The notes below the pieces were generated by a model. That model saw only the letters and a program-made list of their open reading frames with translations. It had not been told where the DNA came from and did not search any database. The position numbers were made by a program, and so were the translations under genes. A stretch of 64,000 nt of DNA from Planctomycetota bacterium (GTDB lineage: Bacteria > Planctomycetota > UBA11346), in NCBI GenBank assembly GCA_038231435.1, contig JBBRLJ010000027.1:1-64000 (forward strand), in the 5' to 3' direction. Below, piece by piece: positions 28,904-37,079 of this stretch. The number at the start of each line of letters is the position of its first letter. The first letter of the stretch is position 1.

Positions 28904-31900
28904 AGTGAAGCCGCAGGACCGGGTCGTAATAGAGCATGTCCGACACGTGCACGGCCTTCATGCGCGATCCCCTGGGAACCGCGCCGAGATCGAGCACGCC
29001 GTTGCCATTGCGGTCGGCTCCCCAGTGCCCGAGGTGCTCGTCGGCGGTCACCCGCTGGCCGTCGGTGGGCAACGGGTCGGCGGTGGTCGGCGTCGGCAGG
29101 ACGTTGGACGTCGGCGCATCGTGCAGCCCGGGGCCAGGCTGTCCGAGCGCGCCGACCCAGTTCTGGTAGAGGAAGCCAGCGCTCTCGCCGCCGACCACAT
29201 CGACGTAGCGCCGCGAGCGCTCGGGGCTGGTCCACATGTACAGCGATTCGGGATGCCCGAGCAGCGGGCTGTGCCCGTACTCGACGAACGGCGTGATCGC
29301 GTCGTACGCCGGGCCGGGATTTCCCGGACGCAGGTAGCGGCCGTGCTTGGCCCAGTCGATCGGCGCGCTCGGGGCGGTCTCGGCGTCCTCGTACTCCTTC
29401 CAGTCCACCGACCAGAAGGTCAGCGAGCGGCAGCGGTGGAACGCGCGGAACGGCCGGTCCAGCCAATAGTGCTTCTGGTCGGTGTCGGCCGCGGGTTGGG
29501 CCAGCTCGTGGTTGTAAGCCATCTGCTCGAAATAGTCGGAGCGTTCGCGCCCGGGCCCGAAATGCGAGAAGCCGTGCTTGCCGTTCGCCGGAGCGTTGGG
29601 GTAGAACCAGGTGTCCGGAACCGGATTGCTGGCGGTCATCCAACGGTAGTAGGACTCCGACGCCGCGCTGCCCGCTGCCCTGGCGGGATTCAGCGGCGTG
29701 CGCACCGCGTTGTTTCCACCCGCGGGATTGGCCGCGTCGTAGAACAGGTCGTACATCGCCAGCGGCTTGTCCATCATGGTCTGATGGTTCGCCGGCTTCG
29801 GAGCGCCGAGATCGTTCGGCATCTCGGCGGCGTAGGCGGCCGCCCACTGCATGCACATTTCGTAGACCTTGCGCGCGAACAGCAGGTCGTGCTGGTTGGC
29901 GACGCGGCGCACCAGGGTGCCGCGGTGCAGCGACACCGGATCGAGATCTGCGCCGACATTCTCGCGCGCGTCGTTGAACTGCAGCGGGTAGCTCGGCAGC
30001 GCCGGGGTGACGTACACGTAGATGAAGTTCGTGGTGTCCGACGGGAAGGTCGCGCCGAGCTGGTGCGGCGTTACCGGTCCACCGTTCTCCTGGTAGGTGC
30101 CGCCGGCCTCGACCTTGAAGACATGGAAGGTCTGGCACTTGTACTGCAGGTTCGGGTACTTGGTGTTGGTGTTGGTGCCCGCCCACCACCAGCCGGGAGC
30201 GTCGGGGTCGTAGCGGCCATCCCACACGTTGTGGGTATCGTTCTGGTCCCAGATGTCGGGCATCGAGCCGCACCACAGGTTCGGGCAGTTCTCGCCGCCC
30301 TTGCCGTACTTGTACCACCACTGCATGTAGCTGGTCTGGAAGAGCAGCTCATCGCCAGCGTACACCAGCCACTTGTGGTTGGTGTCGTTGCAGAGCTTGA
30401 TCTTGCTGAAGGTAGCGCCCGCGGTCCCGGGAGGCGTGTCCTCGGCCACCACCATGGCGTCCTTGGTGATGCCCTGGCCGATGACGTTGTGCGAGACCGG
30501 CCACGGCTGGACCTTGCCCGCCGGCACATTGCCGGGGAACAGGTAGCCTTCGTACGGCCACGGGTACGCCCACGGCTTGACGCTCGGATCGATGATGCTT
30601 GCGTCCCAGGTCGGCCCGACCGGGGGCGAGGCCGCCGGATCGTCGGTGCAATAGAGGCTGACCTCGTTGGTCTGCGGCTCGTTGTGCCGCGCGTACGTCC
30701 AGTTCAGGCATTCCCAGGACACGCGCATGTTGTCGACGACGCCCTTGTACGAGCCGGTGGCGATGTTCTCGCCGAACGGCGGGGCGTAGCCAGTGACCAT
30801 CATGGCGGCGTGCGCGAGGTAGCTCAGAGCCAGGACCTGCGCCGGATGCGGCGGCCAATCGGCCGCGTCGAGATCCTTCGGCATGATGACCTGGAACTTG
30901 TCGAGCTCGGTCGGCGGATATTCATAGCGGTCGCAGTCGACCATGGTGCCGCCCTCGGCGTCGTTCACGAGCGCGGCGGCATCGGGATTCTTGCGCAGGA
31001 TCGCGGCGGCGCTCGCCGGCGGATTGGTCGGCATGACCGCTTGCCAGAGATCGATGGCGCGGTCGCGATAGTTGGCGCGCATCTCGTAGGTCGCGGGCGG
31101 ATTGGCGGTCTGGGGGGCGCGCGCCTTCCAGGTGAAATTGCGCAGGTTCAGGTGCTCCTGCGTCTCGCTCGGATCGTTGGCGTCGGGGCTGATGCCGGCG
31201 TTGGGCGCGCGGCTGTGATTCGCCATGTACCCGCCCGGCGACGCGATCGGGATGTTGGCGAAGACGTTCGCGTAGTCGGCGTAGCTCACCGGCCATTTCT
31301 TCGGCATCCACGGCTTCTTGTGCAGCTCCATGTAATTGATGTTCTGCAGACCCTCGTACGACGGGAAATCCGGATTCGCGAGCAGCGCGCGGATCGGCAG
31401 CCAACCCGAGCGGTGATAGGCGTTGGTGCCGGCGGCGACCGCCGCCAGCGGATCGGAATCGAACGGATATCCGATGGCCGCGGCCGCCGGGCCGTAGACG
31501 CTGCGCGGCTGCGCCACCGCCGCCTCGTCCCCACCCGAGATGCGCTGGAAACAGCACCAGGCCCAGTCCGCGCCGTGCGACGCGTACAACGGTTCGTTCG
31601 CCGGTGAGATGCCATTGCCGGCCTTCCACAGATTGCCCATCTTGTTCGCGAAGAACCGCCAGTTGCGGCCCTGCGAAAATCCATTGCCGAAGTATTTCGC
31701 GTTGCCCGCGTTGGCGCCATTCGGGTTGGTGTAGTCGTCGTTCGCGTTCGGCTCGTCGACCGGATTGTTGTTGCGCGGATCCCCTGCCGGCAGGCCGGGC
31801 CACTTGTCCTGCTCCTGGCCCGGATGCATCGGCCTGCCGAACACCACCGGCTCGTAGCGGCCGTGGCCACCGTCGTCGAACGAAAGCATCGCCAGGCACC

Positions 31901-32930
31901 ACGACCAGTCGCCGGTGGTGCCGCCCGAGACTGATTGGCCGGAAACGTGGAAGCCCGACCACGGCAGGCCGCCGTACACCGCGCCCGTGGGCGTCGGGCC
32001 GAAGGTACCGGGGTTGGGCCACTGGTCCTGCCAGTTGCCGCTCGCGGGCCACGACTGAAATCCGCCGCGATTGTTGCCGCACAGCCAAGTCGGCTGGCTG
32101 CCCCAGCCGATCCAGCCCGCGACCTGGGGATACCAATAGCCGGACTGGCCGCCGGCGTCGTAGTTGTAGCCCGCTGGCGACGGAGCGATCGGCGTGGTGT
32201 CGTACAGCGGCATGGCGCCGCCTTCGTTGCCGCCGACTGCCACCATCCTGCGCGTCTCGCGACCGCGCGCCTGCATGCCCAGCCATTCGGGCGGGAATGG
32301 ATAGACCTCGTACCACGGCAGGCTCTCCGCCGGATCCGATGACAGCGCGTTCTGCTGCGGCAGGCTGGTCACCGCGAACACCAGCTTCTGCACCTCGGGC
32401 GCCGCGGTGACCTGCATGGTCTTATCCATCGCCGCGCCCTGGTTCAGGCCCATCATGAAATTCGGGTCCGGATAATAGAGCATGCCGCCCTGGTCGAGGA
32501 CCTTCTGCACCTCGTCGTGGTCGGAGTCCAGGCGCCTGGCGATCTCCATCGGCACCGGCAAGACGCCGGTGAGCCAGCCCGCCTGCTGTTCGAGGTTGGG
32601 CTGGAATGGCGAGGCGTGCACGAGCTGATCGCGGATCTGTCCTGCCCAGCCGGTGAACGGTGCCGCGGCGGTGCTGGTCGCGTCTGTGCCGGGGATGCCG
32701 TCGTAGCGCGGCGCCAGTCGCGACACGCCCTCGAACTTGTCGACGGGCGTGTGGAAATTATTGATCAGGGTCATCGCGGTCGAGGCCGCGTACATCTGGC
32801 TGCGCGCCATCTGCTGCGCCTTGATCCCGACCGGGAGCAGGGCGAGCGTAGCGAGGATCGCGGTCGTCAAGATCAGCAGGCTGATCATCACCTCGAACAA
32901 GGTGAAGCCCAGCGCGGCGACCCGCGTCAT
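28893..32930 (-). CDS. Giant PilV/GspI-like prepilin protein (B3, 1345 aa)
   Basis: ALG|FTLFEVMISLLILTTAILATLALLPVGI; long W/G/P/N/Y-rich body; C-terminal DRNGNG motif. Confidence 0.87.
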   Translation of the reverse strand: MTRVAALGFTLFEVMISLLILTTAILATLALLPVGIKAQQMARSQMYAASTAMTLINNFHTPVDKFEGVSRLAPRYDGIPGTDATSTAAAPFTGWAGQIRDQLVHASPFQPNLEQQAGWLTGVLPVPMEIARRLDSDHDEVQKVLDQGGMLYYPDPNFMMGLNQGAAMDKTMQVTAAPEVQKLVFAVTSLPQQNALSSDPAESLPWYEVYPFPPEWLGMQARGRETRRMVAVGGNEGGAMPLYDTTPIAPSPAGYNYDAGGQSGYWYPQVAGWIGWGSQPTWLCGNNRGGFQSWPASGNWQDQWPNPGTFGPTPTGAVYGGLPWSGFHVSGQSVSGGTTGDWSWCLAMLSFDDGGHGRYEPVVFGRPMHPGQEQDKWPGLPAGDPRNNNPVDEPNANDDYTNPNGANAGNAKYFGNGFSQGRNWRFFANKMGNLWKAGNGISPANEPLYASHGADWAWCCFQRISGGDEAAVAQPRSVYGPAAAAIGYPFDSDPLAAVAAGTNAYHRSGWLPIRALLANPDFPSYEGLQNINYMELHKKPWMPKKWPVSYADYANVFANIPIASPGGYMANHSRAPNAGISPDANDPSETQEHLNLRNFTWKARAPQTANPPATYEMRANYRDRAIDLWQAVMPTNPPASAAAILRKNPDAAALVNDAEGGTMVDCDRYEYPPTELDKFQVIMPKDLDAADWPPHPAQVLALSYLAHAAMMVTGYAPPFGENIATGSYKGVVDNMRVSWECLNWTYARHNEPQTNEVSLYCTDDPAASPPVGPTWDASIIDPSVKPWAYPWPYEGYLFPGNVPAGKVQPWPVSHNVIGQGITKDAMVVAEDTPPGTAGATFSKIKLCNDTNHKWLVYAGDELLFQTSYMQWWYKYGKGGENCPNLWCGSMPDIWDQNDTHNVWDGRYDPDAPGWWWAGTNTNTKYPNLQYKCQTFHVFKVEAGGTYQENGGPVTPHQLGATFPSDTTNFIYVYVTPALPSYPLQFNDARENVGADLDPVSLHRGTLVRRVANQHDLLFARKVYEMCMQWAAAYAAEMPNDLGAPKPANHQTMMDKPLAMYDLFYDAANPAGGNNAVRTPLNPARAAGSAASESYYRWMTASNPVPDTWFYPNAPANGKHGFSHFGPGRERSDYFEQMAYNHELAQPAADTDQKHYWLDRPFRAFHRCRSLTFWSVDWKEYEDAETAPSAPIDWAKHGRYLRPGNPGPAYDAITPFVEYGHSPLLGHPESLYMWTSPERSRRYVDVVGGESAGFLYQNWVGALGQPGPGLHDAPTSNVLPTPTTADPLPTDGQRVTADEHLGHWGADRNGNGVLDLGAVPRGSRMKAVHVSDMLYYDPVLRLHYGN

Positions 32931-32931
32931 C

Positions 32932-33639
32932 TCACAATTCCTGGGAGACCGTGAATCCCGCGTGGTAGATGGCGAAGGACGAAGCATAGCCGTGGCGCGA
33001 TGGTCCCACGGAATAGTCCTGCGTCCACAGCTGGATCCTCGGGCAGACGGTCGCCGTGAGCGCCGCGTCGCTGGCGACGCCCATGCTGCATGGCGGGGAG
33101 ACCTGTCCGCGTCCCATGGCGACGTTGTCGGGCGACAGCGGCAGGCCGGTGCCGTACTGCGCGTAGATGATGATGGTCTGATCGGCGGTGGTGGGCGCGT
33201 CGGTGTTGGAGCCGCCCGCCGGAGTGCTGGCCACGATCACATTGCGGTTGAACTTGAAGAACGCCGCGGCGGTGCCCGACGCGCTGTAGGTAGACTGGTC
33301 CGAGGGATCCTCGCCGGCCATGAAATACTTGGGAGTGCCCGTGGCGACATTGTCGAAGATCAGCGCGACCGAGGCCTGCTGGCCGGCGGACTGCCTGATG
33401 GCGATGCCGAAATGATAGGGTGAGGCGCCGGCGGGGATCGCCGTGGTCATCGCCAGGATGCGCGCCTGGCGCCAGCACATGGAGATGTCATTCACCGCGG
33501 AATTGATGTTCCCGTGGCGGATCGAGGGCAGCACGGTTGGGACGGCGATGCCCATGAGGGTCATCATGATGCCGATCACCATCAGCAGCTCGATGGCGGT
33601 GAAGGCGGCGCGCGAAGCCTGGGTGCGTTGATTATTCAT
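32932..33639 (-). CDS. Prepilin-type protein, FimT/FimU/GspH-like (B2)
   Basis: RAA|FTAIELLMVIGI; CWRQARILAM; YAQYGTG. Confidence 0.87.
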   Translation of the reverse strand: MNNQRTQASRAAFTAIELLMVIGIMMTLMGIAVPTVLPSIRHGNINSAVNDISMCWRQARILAMTTAIPAGASPYHFGIAIRQSAGQQASVALIFDNVATGTPKYFMAGEDPSDQSTYSASGTAAAFFKFNRNVIVASTPAGGSNTDAPTTADQTIIIYAQYGTGLPLSPDNVAMGRGQVSPPCSMGVASDAALTATVCPRIQLWTQDYSVGPSRHGYASSFAIYHAGFTVSQEL

Positions 33640-34297
33640 CGTTGTTCTTCCAGCTGCAGAGGTCGTCCGAGTCGATGGGACCGCCGAGATTCTTGTTCCG
33701 CCCGCTCGACCAGACGCCAAACGACATCGCGCCGTACACGTGAGCGGCATAGGCGATGTGCAGGGGCCGGTGCCAGCGGTCGATGACCTGGCGCAGGGCG
33801 TTCACCTGGCCGGTGGCGAGCGGGATGCCGCTCATGTCGATGAAGCCGGTGTACGAGGGCTTGGCGCGGCTGGCGAGGGTCGTGCCGGCGGCGTAGAGGC
33901 GCGGATCGCCGTCGATCATCGCCGGGTCGGCGAGCTGATCGGCGTCACCAGCGAGCGGGGCGATGGTGCCCATGGCCCAAGCCGGGTAGAGGTTGCCGTC
34001 GGCGCCGGTCACCGCGGTCACGTGGACGTCTTGGATCTTGGCGGCGACGGCCTGCACCAGCTGGGTGGTCGCGCTGATGTCGGCCTTGGCGCGCAGGCTG
34101 GCCATGACCGGGTAGGACATGCCGGCAAGGGCGAGGATCACCGCGATCACCACCAGCATCTCGAGGATGGTGAAGCCGGGGCGCGCGCCGACGAGAGCGG
34201 GCAGCGCCAGCACTGCCACGACACCCACGAGCGAACGGTGGCCGCCGTGCGCGATCGCTTGAGCCGAGCCTGCAGTGACGTGGTCGCCGAGAACCAT
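33632..34297 (-). CDS. Prepilin-type protein, GspG-like (B1)
   Basis: RPG|FTILEMLVVIAVI; IDRWHRPL...GVWSSG...DDL. ATG 34297 chosen for GGAG 8 nt upstream; start uncertain. Confidence 0.85.
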   Translation of the reverse strand: MVLGDHVTAGSAQAIAHGGHRSLVGVVAVLALPALVGARPGFTILEMLVVIAVILALAGMSYPVMASLRAKADISATTQLVQAVAAKIQDVHVTAVTGADGNLYPAWAMGTIAPLAGDADQLADPAMIDGDPRLYAAGTTLASRAKPSYTGFIDMSGIPLATGQVNALRQVIDRWHRPLHIAYAAHVYGAMSFGVWSSGRNKNLGGPIDSDDLCSWKNNDE

Positions 34298-34391
34298 GGA
34301 AGCGTCTCCGACACTCATTCCCGGGGACCCCCCCGCGCAGGCCGCTCGATCGGATCGACGGTTGATCTTGTGTGACGCACCGACGCATCGC

Positions 34392-34445
34392 ATTTTCCTT
34401 AACAATCTGATGTAACTGTTGTTATGATATTTTATAAGATTCTCC
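34392..34445. promoter_or_regulatory. AT-rich divergent promoter region between cassette B and the first CRTAC1 gene
   Basis: ATTTTCCTTAACAATCTGATGTAACTGTTGTTATGATATTTTATAAGATT in a GC-rich background; contains TATGAT/TATAAG -10-like hexamers. Confidence 0.6.
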
Positions 34446-34625
34446 TACCGGCCCGATCGCAGTCGCTTGAGGGTCTGAGTGGAGGACGAGAACGAGCCTT
34501 GGCAGGGCTCACGCTCTCCGACTCCCCGCCCGGTCGTGCAGTCGAGACGGCGTTTCACGCGAGCCTCGGCGAGACTCATGGAATCCAGGCATCGCATCGC
34601 TGCGTGCGGCCTAGGCTCCGCGCCC

Positions 34626-37079
34626 ATGCGGATCGTTGTCATCGTGCTGATGATCGTGCTCGCCCTCGCGGCGACCTCGCTGATCGCGTTCATCGTCGCC
34701 AAGCACGATCAGTTATCGACGCACGCGCGCGACACCGTGCCGCGGTCGGTGCGCGAGCCGGATGCGCATCCGCCGAAGCCGCCTACGACGCCGCTCGACG
34801 CGACGCGTCCATCCCAGAAATCCCCTGCGCTGGAGAGCGCGACCGACGAACGCTCACGCCTGGACAAGGTGGTGTGGGCGACCGAGGTGAAGGCCCAGGA
34901 ATACGAAGAGGCGTTCGTCGCCCTGTGGGATGCGATGCGCGCGAAAGGCGAGGACCAGCACGAACTGCTGGCGACTTTCCCGTTCACCGAGTTGCTGATC
35001 AAGCACTTCGGCGCACCAGAATCGCATCGCTGGGTCGAGATCGCGCGCATGGACGGCGCCGCCAAGCCGCTGGACCAGAGGGCCTGGCTCGACCTGGTGT
35101 CGGGATTCGCGCGCGATGGCTACCGGCTGAAATACGTGGAATTCCACCATTCCGCGTTCGATCTCGAGCCCTCGGGCGTGGCCCGTTCGAAGATGTCGCT
35201 CAAGCTCTTCATCATCCACCCGCAGCGCAAGGAACGCCACGTCATCAGCGGATCCCTGCGCGTCCTGTGGTCGGACGCGGTCGACGCCAAGGGCATGCAT
35301 ATCGCCAGATCGATCGATGCGACGGAGATGACGCTCACCAGCCGCACCGGCGACGATGCCTTCGCCGAGGAGTTCGTGACGATTCCGGAGAAGCACACGG
35401 CGCCATTCCAGTCGGCGCTCGAGCCGACGCTGGTCTACGACCTCGATGGCGACGGCAAGGACGACATCGTGCTGCCACGCTGGAACAAGGTCTACATCAA
35501 CCAGGGCTCTTCCGGACATGTGGCCTTCGACCTGAGGCCATTGGCGGCTCATCCGCTCGTGGAGGTTCCGGGCGGGCTCCTCATCACCACCGGCGTTCTC
35601 GCCGACGTCACTGGCGACGGCAACGTCGACCTCGTGCTCGCCGGCATCGATCTGCCACCGATGCTGTTCGAAGGCGGTCCGGGTGGAACCTTCCCCACCG
35701 CGCCCCATCCCATCGTCGATCTGCCGAAGGAGGCATTCAGGCTGCCGATGGGCATGACCGCCGGCGATGTCGATGGAGATGGCAGGGCCGACCTGTGGAT
35801 CGGGCAGTACCGCCGGCCGTTCGATGACGCGTCGATGCCGAATCCCTATTGGGACGCCAACGATGGCTATCCGTCCTTCCTGCTCATCAACAACGGCGAC
35901 GGTACCTTCCGCGACGCGACTGCGGCGGCGGGTCTGTCGGCCAAGCGCCATCGCCGGAACTACAGCGCGTCGTTCGTCGACCTCGACGACGACGGCCGGC
36001 TCGATCTGGTGACGGTGAACGATTTCTCGGGCGTCGACATCTTCCGCAATCTCGGCAAGGGCGTCTTCGCGGACGCCACCGACGAGACCGTGGACCAGCG
36101 CCACAGCTACGGTATGTCGCACGCCTTCGCTGATTTCAACGGCGACGGCAGGCTCGACCTGTTCGTCGCGGGCATGGGCTCGACCACCGCCCGCCGGCTG
36201 GAATACATGAAACTCGGACGGGCCGACTTCCCAGAGCATCAGAAGATGCGCATGCCGATGGGTTACGGCAACCGCATGTACCTCGGCGGCGCCGACCACC
36301 GCTACCAGCAGGCCCCGTTCAACGACCAGGTCGCGCGCACCGGCTGGTCGTGGGGCTGCACCGCGCTCGACGTCGACAACACCGGAAACATCGACCTGTT
36401 CGTGAACAACGGCTTCATGAGCCGCAAGACCGCCAAGGACTACTGCTCGCGGTGGTGGACCCACGACATCTACCAGGCGAGCGAACCGGCGAAGCCAGAC
36501 ATGCTCGCGACCGTGATGAACGAGCTCGAGCAGGGTTCCGGCAGCTCGTGGAACGGCTTCGAGCACAAGGCCCTGCTGATGAATGAAGGCGGCACCTCCT
36601 TCATCGACACCGCCTTCGCGATGAACCTCGCCTACGAGTGGGACGCGCGCGCCGCGGTCAGCGCCGACTTCGACGGCGACGGCATGGTCGACGTGATGAC
36701 GGTGAACTCCCAGTACAACAGCGCTTTCCTGCCCATCGATCCGGTGCTGCGCGTATTCCGCAACCAGATGCCCAACACCAACCACTGGATCGGGGTGCGC
36801 CTGAGGGAAGAGCCCGGTCACTGCGCGATGGGCGCAAAGATCACCGTGCGCGCTGGCGGCCGTGAGCATGTCGCCGTGCTGGTGTCGGGCGATTCCTTCC
36901 GTTGCCAGCATCCGCTCTGCAAGCATGTCGGCCTCGGTCTTGCCGCGAGCGTCGACGCCGTCGAGGTCCGGTGGATCGATGGAGCGAAACGCGTCATCGA
37001 GCACCCCGCCATCGATCGCGAGCTGACGATCAGCGCTGGGCCGGATGCGCCCCCGGCGGCTACTTCGACGGATCGCTGA
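34626..37079 (+). CDS. CRTAC1-family protein (FG-GAP/VCBS repeats plus ASPIC/UnbV), N-terminal TM anchor
   Basis: Repeats DLDGDGKDDI, DVDGDGRADL, DLDDDGRLDL, DFNGDGRLDL; GWSWG; C-terminal GAKITV...HVGLG...VEVRW. Alternative start 34578. Confidence 0.92.
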   Translation: MRIVVIVLMIVLALAATSLIAFIVAKHDQLSTHARDTVPRSVREPDAHPPKPPTTPLDATRPSQKSPALESATDERSRLDKVVWATEVKAQEYEEAFVALWDAMRAKGEDQHELLATFPFTELLIKHFGAPESHRWVEIARMDGAAKPLDQRAWLDLVSGFARDGYRLKYVEFHHSAFDLEPSGVARSKMSLKLFIIHPQRKERHVISGSLRVLWSDAVDAKGMHIARSIDATEMTLTSRTGDDAFAEEFVTIPEKHTAPFQSALEPTLVYDLDGDGKDDIVLPRWNKVYINQGSSGHVAFDLRPLAAHPLVEVPGGLLITTGVLADVTGDGNVDLVLAGIDLPPMLFEGGPGGTFPTAPHPIVDLPKEAFRLPMGMTAGDVDGDGRADLWIGQYRRPFDDASMPNPYWDANDGYPSFLLINNGDGTFRDATAAAGLSAKRHRRNYSASFVDLDDDGRLDLVTVNDFSGVDIFRNLGKGVFADATDETVDQRHSYGMSHAFADFNGDGRLDLFVAGMGSTTARRLEYMKLGRADFPEHQKMRMPMGYGNRMYLGGADHRYQQAPFNDQVARTGWSWGCTALDVDNTGNIDLFVNNGFMSRKTAKDYCSRWWTHDIYQASEPAKPDMLATVMNELEQGSGSSWNGFEHKALLMNEGGTSFIDTAFAMNLAYEWDARAAVSADFDGDGMVDVMTVNSQYNSAFLPIDPVLRVFRNQMPNTNHWIGVRLREEPGHCAMGAKITVRAGGREHVAVLVSGDSFRCQHPLCKHVGLGLAASVDAVEVRWIDGAKRVIEHPAIDRELTISAGPDAPPAATSTDR

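Noticed and set aside
28869..31607. 912-aa plus-strand ORF, and similar long ORFs at 21865-23640, 22103-23869, 25372-27165, 26636-28522, 34854-37004, 37045-39006 and 45245-47077
   Set aside because: Antisense or alternate-frame shadows of well-supported genes, expected at high GC; Arg/Ala/Gly/Val-rich with no motifs.
15458..34297. Diversity-generating retroelement or shufflon driving pilin variation
   Set aside because: No reverse transcriptase, recombinase or TR/VR-like near-duplicate seen by eye; a self dot-plot would settle it.
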